A stretch of 64,000 nucleotides of DNA. Origin: a virus. Position numbers and translations under genes: made by a program. The stretch spans positions 82,906 to 146,905 of the IMG/VR virus record IMGVR_UViG_3300017766_003354; one strand, written 5' to 3'. The notes beneath the pieces were generated by a model, which was not told the origin of the DNA, made no database searches, and was given only the letters and a program-made list of their open reading frames with translations. Below are positions 18,191 to 27,464 of this stretch, piece after piece; position 1 is the first letter of the stretch; every line of letters begins with the position of its first letter.

Positions 18191-18224
18191 GCGTTACAAT
18201 ACCTCAGAAACAATTACACGAAAA

Positions 18225-18833
18225 ATGAGATACCAACTTTACAAACCAAATTCCAAGAATACTGGCTGCGCTGCTTCTTTCAATGTCGGGCGCAACAGGG
18301 ACGGAAGTCCATGCCTTTTTATTAATACTGTCCAGCAAAGCGGCTGGAATGATCAAACCAAGACAGGCTCTTTCAAGGAGAACGCCAAAAATCCTCAAAA
18401 ATCAGCCACTGTAAAAATGAATGCAAACGAGGCTGGAGAAATGATTTCTTCGATTCAGTCTCGAACCCCAGTCGTGTTTTTCCACAAAAATAATGAGGAT
18501 ACGACAATCATTACCTTTTCTCCTTGGGATAAGGACCGCAAGGTAAAGCTTCAGGGAGGAGAATCGACATTCAAGAGTCTCGCTTGGGGACTTTCCATCT
18601 CTAAAAATTCTTCGACTCATTATAAGGTCGCTTTTGAAGCTGGAGAAAGTGAAGTATTTAAGGTTTTGCTTGTGGATTTTATCCAGCAATGCCTTTTCCA
18701 CGAAGCTAATAAGTATCAAGGTAATGAAGATTCGTCCGCATCGGGCGGTAATGAACTTTTGGGAGGAAATTCCAGCAGCCAGACCCCAGAGAATGAGCCT
18801 GCGGAAGAAGACGAGGATTCAGTCCCGTTTTAA
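18225..18833 (+). CDS. Putative single-stranded DNA-binding protein (Whirly-like fold, acidic SSB-type tail)
   Basis: Start at ATG 18225; C-terminus EEDEDSVPF; LYK..AA, EAGEMI, FFH pattern. Confidence 0.6.
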   Translation: MRYQLYKPNSKNTGCAASFNVGRNRDGSPCLFINTVQQSGWNDQTKTGSFKENAKNPQKSATVKMNANEAGEMISSIQSRTPVVFFHKNNEDTTIITFSPWDKDRKVKLQGGESTFKSLAWGLSISKNSSTHYKVAFEAGESEVFKVLLVDFIQQCLFHEANKYQGNEDSSASGGNELLGGNSSSQTPENEPAEEDEDSVPF

Positions 18834-18836
18834 AAT

Positions 18837-19310
18837 ATGGAAGAGAAGGTGTGTTTTAAATGTGGCCAAATTCTGCCTCTGAGTGATTTTTATCGTCATT
18901 CTCAGATGGCAGATGGCCATGTCAACAAATGCAAGGAATGTAATAAAAAAGACGTTCAAGAGGATTACAAGAGAAAAATTGTCGATCCAGAATGGAGGCT
19001 TAAAGAAAGAGAACGAAGCAGGGAGAAAATGCGAACTGCTAGAGGCAATGGGAAATATCTTTCTATTCCTCCAGACAAGAAGAGAGGATCCCTTAAAAGA
19101 TATACGGATAAGTATCCAGAAAAAAAGATTGCAAGAAACAAATCTCAACGCCTAAATCCCGAGCCTTGTGTAGTTTGTGGTTCAACCGAAAACCTTGAAG
19201 GCCATCACGAAGACTATTCGAAACCAGAAGATATAACTTGGCTTTGTCGCAAGCATCATTACGAAAGGCATGTCGAAATTAGAAAACAACAATTACTAGA
19301 TGGCAGATAG
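18837..19310 (+). CDS. HNH-type endonuclease with N-terminal zinc finger
   Basis: CFKC..FY..GHVNKCKEC; PCVVCG..EGHHEDYSKPEDITWLCRKHH. Confidence 0.8.
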   Translation: MEEKVCFKCGQILPLSDFYRHSQMADGHVNKCKECNKKDVQEDYKRKIVDPEWRLKERERSREKMRTARGNGKYLSIPPDKKRGSLKRYTDKYPEKKIARNKSQRLNPEPCVVCGSTENLEGHHEDYSKPEDITWLCRKHHYERHVEIRKQQLLDGR

Positions 19311-21033
19311 AATCAAAGTATTGCTCCATAGCAACTATTCTAGGATGATTACTGGGTTTGGAAAGAATATGCGTAATATTCTCCTAGCCCTATATCAAGA
19401 TCCAGAATTCGAAATAATTGAAGCTGCGAATGGCGTCTCCTATGGTCGGGACGCCAAAACGCCTTGGAAATCATTCGGCACTGGTCCGTCTAGCCAAGAG
19501 CTAATTAATTCTCTCGGCCAAGACCAAGCTAAACAGCGGGCCGCCGCTTATGGGTTCTATGAGATTGATAAAATCGTAGCAGAAGTAAAGCCTGATGTTT
19601 ATTTAGGCATCGAAGATATTTGGGCGTTCAATGGATTTGTTGACACAAAACCTTGGTGGAATGAGACTAAAAAGATAATCTGGACGACCCTAGATAGCCT
19701 CCCTATTCTCCCAGAGGCTTACACAATGGCCAATTCTTGTGATAAGTTTTTAGTTTGGGCGGGTTTCTCTGAAGAGGAGATGAAAAAAACGGGATGCAAA
19801 AATGTCGAAACTCTTCATGGCGCGGTGGATTATTCTAATTTCAAACCTCTCGCCAATCGAGAAGAATTGAGAAAAAGACATGGTTTACAGGATAGTTTTG
19901 TAATTGGATTTGTCTTTAAAAACCAGCTTCGGAAATCTGTTCCAAATCTTTTGGATGGGTTCAGGCTTTTCAAGGCAAAAGTCCCTAATGCAAAACTAAT
20001 TCTTCATACAGATTGGGCCGACAAAGAACACGGCTGGGACATAATGAGATACCTCAAGGAAAAGGGTTTGAGCGCCGATGACGTTTTGTGCTCTTATTCC
20101 TGCGAAGCTTGCGGAGAGTATTCTTTGGGAGCTTATTCTGGACCAGAGTTAGATTGTCCTCATTGCGGGGCGGCAAAAAAATTCAAAACAAAAAGTTCTG
20201 GACACGGCTTGTCAGAACTCCAATTAAATGAGATTTACAACCTGATGGATGTTTACTGTCACCCGTTTACCAGCGGTGGGCAAGAACTCCCAATCCAAGA
20301 AGCAAAAGCCGCAGGACTCATTACACTGGTCACAGAATACTCTTGTGGGACTGATTCGTGCTATCCAGAACAAGGCGGGCTTCCTCTTGCGTGGAACGAA
20401 TATAGAGAACCTCATTCTCAATTTATTAAAGCTTCTACTTGTCCAGAGAGCATTTGTTCTCGACTTGATCAAGTTTATAGCATGTCTCCAGAGGAGAAAG
20501 TTTCTCTGATCCAAAATGGAAAAGAATGGGTTAAAAAGGAATTCTCTGTCCAATCTGTCGTCTCCCGCCTAAAACAAATAATCAAAGAAGTCCACGCCGC
20601 CCCACTTGTTAAAGCAGAGCAAAAAAATCTCCCACAAGAAAACAAAAGAACCGAATTCGATACCCTCTTAGATAAAGAGAGAAAAGATAGAATCCTATTC
20701 GTCCTACCGCAAAGCGAAGAAGACGTATTCGTGGCAACCTCTCTTTTGCCGAATATCAAAGAAACCTACCCCGACAAAGACATCTATTTTGCCACGAAGC
20801 CAGAAAACAAAGAGTTTCTTTTAGGTAATCCTTTTGTTTATAAAATTCTGGACTTTCACCCTCAGATGGAAAACCTTTTAATGATGGAAGGACAAGGAGA
20901 AAATCATGAAGGGTATTTTGAAATTTGTTTTCTGCCTCACGTTGGAACTCAAAAAGTCCTCGATTACATTCATCACGGCAAAGATAAGATTGCCTTAAAT
21001 ATTTATTCTCCCAATTACAATGTCACCCATTGA
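19300..21033 (+). CDS. GT4-like glycosyltransferase with Zn-ribbon insert, fused to GT9 N-terminal domain
   Basis: TGFG, KNQLRKS, CEAC..CPHC, LNEIYNLMD, GGQELPIQEAKAAG; C-terminal RILFVLPQSEEDVFVATSLLPNIKETYP. Confidence 0.8.
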   Translation: MADRIKVLLHSNYSRMITGFGKNMRNILLALYQDPEFEIIEAANGVSYGRDAKTPWKSFGTGPSSQELINSLGQDQAKQRAAAYGFYEIDKIVAEVKPDVYLGIEDIWAFNGFVDTKPWWNETKKIIWTTLDSLPILPEAYTMANSCDKFLVWAGFSEEEMKKTGCKNVETLHGAVDYSNFKPLANREELRKRHGLQDSFVIGFVFKNQLRKSVPNLLDGFRLFKAKVPNAKLILHTDWADKEHGWDIMRYLKEKGLSADDVLCSYSCEACGEYSLGAYSGPELDCPHCGAAKKFKTKSSGHGLSELQLNEIYNLMDVYCHPFTSGGQELPIQEAKAAGLITLVTEYSCGTDSCYPEQGGLPLAWNEYREPHSQFIKASTCPESICSRLDQVYSMSPEEKVSLIQNGKEWVKKEFSVQSVVSRLKQIIKEVHAAPLVKAEQKNLPQENKRTEFDTLLDKERKDRILFVLPQSEEDVFVATSLLPNIKETYPDKDIYFATKPENKEFLLGNPFVYKILDFHPQMENLLMMEGQGENHEGYFEICFLPHVGTQKVLDYIHHGKDKIALNIYSPNYNVTH

Positions 21034-22141
21034 ACGTTACGCGCTTTCTACTGGAGTCAAAATAGAAAATCCCCAAATTCTTGAGCACTTTTATCCTGTT
21101 TCGGCGGATAAATATGTTTGCTTTGGGCCGTCTAAAAAGGATAACTTAAGAGACTATGATTTTTGGAATCTAGTAATTGAGCTTATTTCTCCCGTCTTAA
21201 AAGGAATGGGTTATACAACAGTTCAAATTGGCACCCAAAAAGATGACCCCATTGGGTGCGATATTGATTTGCGCGGAAAACTTAATATCAGACAGGCTGC
21301 GGGCGTCTTAAAGAATTGCGAGTTTTTTGTTGGAGTTGATACTTTTTTAACTCATATCGCCGCATTTCAAGGCAAGCCTATCGTGGCGATTTATGCTGCT
21401 TCTTTTTTGGAGTGCTGCAAGCCTCATTGGGGCGACTTTTCAAAGCACCACCTTATTCAAACGCCGAGAGGAGAAAAAGAAAATCCGTCTTTTATCCTGA
21501 ACGAAAATCCAAAATCAATCAACCGAATTAAGCCAGAAGAAATAGTCTCTAAGATAGTCAAAATTCTTGGAGTGAATTTCGATCCAAGATTTAGAACTCT
21601 TTATGTCGGGCCGCGCTTTAAAGATGAGTGTGTTGACGTTATTCCTTTTAGCTTCTCCAAGGTGGTGAGCGACAAGATTAACATTCGAATGGACATCTTT
21701 CATGGAGAAAAAGAGCTTCAGCAAATTCTCCAAAACAATCGCGCCGAAGTTACAATTAGAACTTCTTTCGAATTAAATTTCCAGAATGTGCGTAATATTA
21801 AGTCGGTTAATTATGTTTCGGATTCTTTTGATACTCAGTTTATTGAACGTCTCAAAAAGCTAGGAATTAAAATAACCCTACTCTGCACATCAGAGGATGC
21901 CCTCTCCCGCGAAAGGTTTAAGCTTTTCGATTATACCATCAATCTTTTTCAGCCCGATAAACTCATAGAAGAAAACAAAAAGAAACTTACAAAAGACCCC
22001 TTTCTTGTTTCCACCATTAGCTCTAAAAAAGTAATCTGCGGAGACAAAGCTTTTAATTCTCTTTTCGAATATTCGAAGAAAGTTGATGACTTTTTTGTTG
22101 ACTTGGATTGGCTTTATGTTTACGATAGAGGGCATGAATGA
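21020..22141 (+). CDS. GT9 (heptosyltransferase-like) C-terminal domain protein
   Basis: VQIG, DLRGKLNIRQAAGVLKNCEFFVGVDTFLTHIAA..GKPIVAIY. Confidence 0.75.
   Translation: MSPIERYALSTGVKIENPQILEHFYPVSADKYVCFGPSKKDNLRDYDFWNLVIELISPVLKGMGYTTVQIGTQKDDPIGCDIDLRGKLNIRQAAGVLKNCEFFVGVDTFLTHIAAFQGKPIVAIYAASFLECCKPHWGDFSKHHLIQTPRGEKENPSFILNENPKSINRIKPEEIVSKIVKILGVNFDPRFRTLYVGPRFKDECVDVIPFSFSKVVSDKINIRMDIFHGEKELQQILQNNRAEVTIRTSFELNFQNVRNIKSVNYVSDSFDTQFIERLKKLGIKITLLCTSEDALSRERFKLFDYTINLFQPDKLIEENKKKLTKDPFLVSTISSKKVICGDKAFNSLFEYSKKVDDFFVDLDWLYVYDRGHE
22098..22126 (+). promoter_or_regulatory. Sigma70-type promoter, leaderless
   Basis: TTGACT-17 nt-TACGAT, 7 nt before ATG 22134. Confidence 0.65.
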
Positions 22142-22901
22142 AGAAGCTCTAGCTAATATTGCTAAATATCAAAGAGGAGAACACGGCCTTCTAGAAAACG
22201 TCAATTATGTCTTCAATGAAGACGGATCGGTTAATTGGCGGGCGATGATTAAGCCTGAGTTCCTATACGTGAATAAAGGATGGTTTGAACAAAGAAACAA
22301 AGAAGTCCCAACTTCAATCGAAGGCTTACAAGATAAGCAATTGTTAATTATGTTGGGCGGAATTAAAGAGTTGGCGAAATTGAGGGGCTATCGTGGGGTT
22401 CAATATGGGTTGACTCGCGATGAAGGCAACGATTATATTTCTTCCTCTTGTCGAATTGACTGGATGCCAAATTATGAAACTAATGGAGAAGAAGTCTCGT
22501 ATGAAGATTGCGCCAACGCTTCATTTGACAACACAGATTCTTTTTGTCACAAGTTCTTGGAAACGATGGCTTGTAATCGGGCGTTTGTCCGCTGTGTCCG
22601 TAATTTTCTAAATATTCACATCGTTGGAGCAGATGAAATTGATAAATCTGATCCAAATTTCTCCAGAGATTCTCCAGAATCTTCAAGTGCTAGCGAGCTA
22701 TCTATTCTTCAGCCTCACAGCCTTCTCGAAAGAACGGCCAACGAAAAAGGAATTGAATCTTTTGATGGTTTCGTGGAATGGCTGAGAGAATGCCATAAGA
22801 ACAAAACCTACGTAAATCCAGATCAAGTAAAACTTTGGAAAGGCTATAAGGACATCCCCGCAAAGGAATGCCGCGCCCTTTCGAAGCTTCTGAAGAGTTA
22901 G
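22134..22901 (+). CDS. Rad52/Sak-like single-strand annealing protein
   Basis: Start at ATG 22134; GGIKELAK, SYEDCANAS, ETMACNRAFVRCVRNFLNI..VGADEI. Confidence 0.55.
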   Translation: MNEEALANIAKYQRGEHGLLENVNYVFNEDGSVNWRAMIKPEFLYVNKGWFEQRNKEVPTSIEGLQDKQLLIMLGGIKELAKLRGYRGVQYGLTRDEGNDYISSSCRIDWMPNYETNGEEVSYEDCANASFDNTDSFCHKFLETMACNRAFVRCVRNFLNIHIVGADEIDKSDPNFSRDSPESSSASELSILQPHSLLERTANEKGIESFDGFVEWLRECHKNKTYVNPDQVKLWKGYKDIPAKECRALSKLLKS

Positions 22902-25342
22902 TGGATCTTGAAGAAGTTCTTCGCTCCAGCAGAGAAGCCTTGTCGATAATTAAACGTCGATGAGGCTTTCGCCTTGTTGATGACAAGGTTCTGGTCGAGA
23001 GGAATAAGGTTTTTATTACTCTTAGACACCGTAGTAGTAATTCCTGATTCAGAGAAGGAAAGAGAAATAGAGTCTAGCGTAATATCGATGGTATCAGGAA
23101 TTTGCAGACCCGCATAGGAAATAGTGGAAGACAACAGATCATTCTGAACAACCCCCAATTCTTCATCTTCAGCATTGGCTAAAATTTGAATATCTTGGAT
23201 AGACCCGCTGAAATTTTTTAGCTCGGTTTTGCAGAATTTCTGGCGTCCAAAAGATTTTACTTTTTGATAAACGAATTCAATAGGAAAGTTTTCTTTCTCG
23301 CCCTCTCCGCTGGTTCCGTCTTGGCCGACCTCAATTCTTGAGAAGGTGATTCTATAAGAGTCTTTTAGTCGTTTCACTGCTTGCTGAAATTGCAGGGCAG
23401 ATCCCTTAAATGCGTTCTTAATATTTTCTTTCAACCTTTCATTAATGGCAATTTTATTTGTCGAGCCAGTCGAATTTGCTACGTTAAAATCCAAAATACA
23501 TTCCTCATATAAATTTTCTTCCGCCACGACTTTTTTAACTGGCTTCAACGGCGCTCTGGCAAAGTAGAAATATTTTTCCGAAGGCTCTCCGATACCAACA
23601 GCAATATCGGCATGGTTGGCAATGCCAAGAATTGTAATAGCGTCTGCCCCAGCAGGATCGAAGACTCTCGCCAGATCATAAAACGCACTTAACTCTTCTG
23701 TGTCTTTTAGCTTTTGTGTGGCTGGAAACGGCCCAATGACACTAATTTGACCTCCTGTAGAATCATGCCTGTCTTTAAAAGTTCCAGATACTCCATTAGA
23801 AATATATAAAGTTCCGAACAAAGAATAGTAATCTTCCAATGCTTTATAAATAGGGGTATCACTAGGGAAAGGCATGGCCTTACTTTCAGTGGATTGAAAG
23901 CTATAGTATAAAGTATTGCGCAAATCAATATAAGGCTTGAATGTTTCGTTCAACTTCGCGTTTAAAGATGAGGAATTAACAAGCTCTTCATATCTTTTTA
24001 CTTGTCCCCTTTCGGCTAAAGTCGCAGGGTATAAAGAACCTAAAGATGGAAAAATAGTTTCATCTGATAGGTGCATCGCCATCAGAAAATATTTATCGAA
24101 ACTTTGATCGGAAAGAGTAGCTCCAGAACAAAAAAATGGATAAAATAGTTGGGCGACTTTAATAAAGTCGGCGGCCTGTCCTTCTGATGGGAAAAACTTA
24201 TGCATATCAACTCGCGAAAAGGCTAATTGACGAATTCTTGATGTTGCATCATGGCTCCAACCTTCTGTATATGGAGCCGTTGTTCCCATATAAGAGGCAA
24301 CAGTAAACGGAGATCTGCCCCCTTCTGTAAAAGAGCAGGAAGTTATATTCTCATCAGTTAGTTTTAATGGGTCAGTTATTTCCAATTCTGAGGCTTCTTT
24401 CGAAGAGATGAATTTAATAACCCCACCATCAGAACCCAAATTCACATACCAATAAAACCCATAATAAGAGGCAATATCAGAAAGACAATCTCTCAAGTTG
24501 CCCGAAGTTTCAAAAAGGTTATCTCCTTTATCGGTAAGTGGATTTTCTTCAAACTCTACTCCTACCGCCTCCAAAGCAAAGAAGAACTCTTTTGCCGTAT
24601 AACCATAACGCAACGTCGCTTTAGTCGCGTCGATTTGTTGGGATTGGGTTGGGTCAATTGACGCCGTTCTCCCAAGAGGGGTTTTTACTGGAACCCGTTT
24701 AGTAAACTCAGAGTCCAAAGACAAGACATCAATCTTCTGATTACTTCTACCGTTGTAAACCTGAAAAGATTTTTGGTTGCGAATATCTTGACTTACCACG
24801 CTATAAGACGCGCCAATAATGAGCAAATTGCGGGATTCATCTTTATAGACATTATTTTCCATGTAGCGACCATCTGTTTCCAGCATGGACGTTGGAACGT
24901 ATTCCTCTCTTGGTCCAAACGCTCTTTGTGGAAGCTCGGAACACGCATAAACTGGGCCAGAAAACTTTAATTTTCCATTAGGATCTGCGCTCTCATTTAG
25001 AAAAGAATCTTGTCCAGAAAATTGACGGGTAATAGCTGGAGCGGTGATGCCTCTGACCAAAACGACATATCTTTCTAAAAGCTCTGAAACCCTATCAATG
25101 TATTTATATTCGACTTTTGTGGTTCGCGGGTCTTTGGAAGTCGTCTTAGATTCGAGAAGGAAGTTTTTCAATAATTCATTGATCTCAGAATTATTAACTT
25201 GGCTGGCTTTCCCAATTTTTGAAGAAGAAATCATCTCTACCGATTTATCGCCGCAAGAAACCCCGCCGACGATCTCTGTGATCGTGGCGCTATGAGAACT
25301 GCCATTGGCGGCAAAATTGATTTCGATGTTGGTAATACTCAC
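22898..25342 (-). CDS. Putative tail hub/baseplate-type structural protein
   Basis: 814 aa in tail module; GNLRDCLSDIASYYGFYWY and terminal LDSISLSFSESGITTTV resemble hub proteins. Confidence 0.55.
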   Translation of the reverse strand: MSITNIEINFAANGSSHSATITEIVGGVSCGDKSVEMISSSKIGKASQVNNSEINELLKNFLLESKTTSKDPRTTKVEYKYIDRVSELLERYVVLVRGITAPAITRQFSGQDSFLNESADPNGKLKFSGPVYACSELPQRAFGPREEYVPTSMLETDGRYMENNVYKDESRNLLIIGASYSVVSQDIRNQKSFQVYNGRSNQKIDVLSLDSEFTKRVPVKTPLGRTASIDPTQSQQIDATKATLRYGYTAKEFFFALEAVGVEFEENPLTDKGDNLFETSGNLRDCLSDIASYYGFYWYVNLGSDGGVIKFISSKEASELEITDPLKLTDENITSCSFTEGGRSPFTVASYMGTTAPYTEGWSHDATSRIRQLAFSRVDMHKFFPSEGQAADFIKVAQLFYPFFCSGATLSDQSFDKYFLMAMHLSDETIFPSLGSLYPATLAERGQVKRYEELVNSSSLNAKLNETFKPYIDLRNTLYYSFQSTESKAMPFPSDTPIYKALEDYYSLFGTLYISNGVSGTFKDRHDSTGGQISVIGPFPATQKLKDTEELSAFYDLARVFDPAGADAITILGIANHADIAVGIGEPSEKYFYFARAPLKPVKKVVAEENLYEECILDFNVANSTGSTNKIAINERLKENIKNAFKGSALQFQQAVKRLKDSYRITFSRIEVGQDGTSGEGEKENFPIEFVYQKVKSFGRQKFCKTELKNFSGSIQDIQILANAEDEELGVVQNDLLSSTISYAGLQIPDTIDITLDSISLSFSESGITTTVSKSNKNLIPLDQNLVINKAKASSTFNYRQGFSAGAKNFFKIH

Positions 25343-26106
25343 AGGTAAATTTCTATAAATTCTGAATCATCAATTTCTACAGCGGCAGAAATTCCAGTCT
25401 TCACCATAATTACACCTGTATGGAATTCTATCCAAGAATCGGGGTGTTGTTCGAGGCCATTCAGGTAGAAATTGTTGTTACTTTCAATGAAACCAGAACC
25501 GTAAACATCTCCGATTGTTCCCGTGATTTCGCGAGTTCCAGTAGGCTTCGGAATGCAAAACATTTTGCCTGTAACTGTTTCTAAATACTGGAATCCATTA
25601 TTTGAGCCAGTAATAAAATAAGAATCTCCAGAACGGAGTTTTTGGCCATTAATAAAGAAATCTAAAGTATTCAAACTCCCAGTGCGCGTAGGCATGAGGG
25701 AAGATATTGCCGATTGAATTCCCGTATTGAAAAACGAAACTCCAGTAGATTCAAAGATGGCCGATTTTTCTGAATTCCTTAAATCAAAAATCAGCCTTTT
25801 CTCTTGCATTCCAGAAACCGAGAAGTCGTTAGAATATAACCCCTTTAAATAAGAGTTCCCTGAATTGACATAATAATCACCACTCGTTTCATTAATGGTG
25901 ACGAACGGCAAAGTATTTGAGAAAAAGTCACCCTCTACAATTGTTTGAGAATTTAATGATACTATCGAAGAATGAACTCCAGTTACAGCAGAACTCATAA
26001 AAAAAGATCCCTCGCTAGAAGAAACCAAAAAATTAGTCTTCTGAGAAACCCCGCGACATCCACTGATAGAAGATTCGCCTGTCTTTAAATATAGGTCAAA
26101 ATTCAT
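25339..26106 (-). CDS. Virion structural protein, [S/T]G-rich
   Basis: Tail module; FFINGQKL..DSY and FYLNGLEQ repeats. Confidence 0.6.
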   Translation of the reverse strand: MNFDLYLKTGESSISGCRGVSQKTNFLVSSSEGSFFMSSAVTGVHSSIVSLNSQTIVEGDFFSNTLPFVTINETSGDYYVNSGNSYLKGLYSNDFSVSGMQEKRLIFDLRNSEKSAIFESTGVSFFNTGIQSAISSLMPTRTGSLNTLDFFINGQKLRSGDSYFITGSNNGFQYLETVTGKMFCIPKPTGTREITGTIGDVYGSGFIESNNNFYLNGLEQHPDSWIEFHTGVIMVKTGISAAVEIDDSEFIEIYL

Positions 26107-27464
26107 CGCGGCCCAAGATAGTAAAGATAATCCTTTTTATATAGTCCAGCATCTTCCGAGAAGAGCAGGCCAGAGGTTGGTTGTCCTGTGATGTATTGAG
26201 TTTCAGTTAGAGGGGTGCGGGAGTAACCAGAAATTCCGCTCATTGTCCCCGTTAAGCCTGAAGAAAAATACATTGGCATTGAAATATACTGCTGAACATA
26301 ATCGACAGAAACTTCATACAAAGAAGTAGAAATAGAGCCAGCTTGCAATCCAAGCGTTGCATGCGCCGAATCTCCAGTCGGTTCGTAGGTTCCAAATAGG
26401 GCTGGATTTAAATACCCCTGCTGTTCCAAGAAAAACGCCCCTGACGCCGTTCCAGTGATCCAATAGGGACTTCCTTCATTTGTTGTCGTGGAGCCTGTTA
26501 TCCCCGTTGTAGTTGTGTAAACAGGGACGCCTGATGGGATTAGCTCGTAGCCAGTGATAATATTCGAATATCCCGTGATTCCTGTCCAGTATTTATAAAT
26601 CGGAACGTCCAAATAACCAGTGGTGACATTGAATCCAGAAACGCTGCCGCTATTGAAATAATAATCTCCGATCAGCCCTTCTCCAATGTCATACAAAACT
26701 TCGCTCGACTTCTTGCCAGAGAATAGCAAAAAGTCATCCATAAAGCCGCTGAAATTCGTAATTCCTGATGCTGTCCGATAATAGGTCGGAGACGCGCCTA
26801 AATAAATAGAATCAGAATTCAAAACTAAAGAAGTCTTGATTGGAAAACTTTGGGATTGAATTTCTTGATTTAAGTAATCATATCGAGCGATCTCAACTTC
26901 TCCTCCTCCAACGGAAAATGAAACGATGTTCTTTTTAGCGAGTTCTATTTCAGTAGCTACTTGAATCGAATCTCCCTTATCAGAAAAAGTATGAAAGAAC
27001 AGATGACCCCTTGAAGTAATTCCAAAGTTAAAACCTTCTGAGCTATCATAAGAAACCCCATTATAAACATCAGTATTCTTTTTCAAAGAGCCAAATAGAA
27101 CCCCATCATAAAGAGATCCAGTATAAGCAAACGAAAAAATAGCCGAACAACTATTCGCAGGACAACGCGAATCTCCATTTATTTTTACTGAACTTTTAGA
27201 AAAATTCCCAGAGCCATTAGTTTCTAAAAACCTATTAGATCCAGTTGTAGCAGTAATCGCTAGCCCAGAATTAATTCCTACAGCATTCCCTATTATACCA
27301 TCTCCTTCTCCGCTAGAATTTGGTGCTCTATTTTGGAGGCTCCCAAGCCTGAGAAGGCCATCTTCTATTACCGTCAAATGATCATGAGAAAAATCATAAT
27401 GAACCTTTAGACTTTCTTGTGAAAAGGTTTCGTTAAGCGCAAATTGTAATCCAGAAAAACTCAT
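26103..27464 (-). CDS. Virion protein with LamG/concanavalin-like domain, [S/T]G-rich
   Basis: LKVHYDF...IYLGA...FSGFMDDFLLF LamG-like pattern. Confidence 0.6.
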   Translation of the reverse strand: MSFSGLQFALNETFSQESLKVHYDFSHDHLTVIEDGLLRLGSLQNRAPNSSGEGDGIIGNAVGINSGLAITATTGSNRFLETNGSGNFSKSSVKINGDSRCPANSCSAIFSFAYTGSLYDGVLFGSLKKNTDVYNGVSYDSSEGFNFGITSRGHLFFHTFSDKGDSIQVATEIELAKKNIVSFSVGGGEVEIARYDYLNQEIQSQSFPIKTSLVLNSDSIYLGASPTYYRTASGITNFSGFMDDFLLFSGKKSSEVLYDIGEGLIGDYYFNSGSVSGFNVTTGYLDVPIYKYWTGITGYSNIITGYELIPSGVPVYTTTTGITGSTTTNEGSPYWITGTASGAFFLEQQGYLNPALFGTYEPTGDSAHATLGLQAGSISTSLYEVSVDYVQQYISMPMYFSSGLTGTMSGISGYSRTPLTETQYITGQPTSGLLFSEDAGLYKKDYLYYLGPR

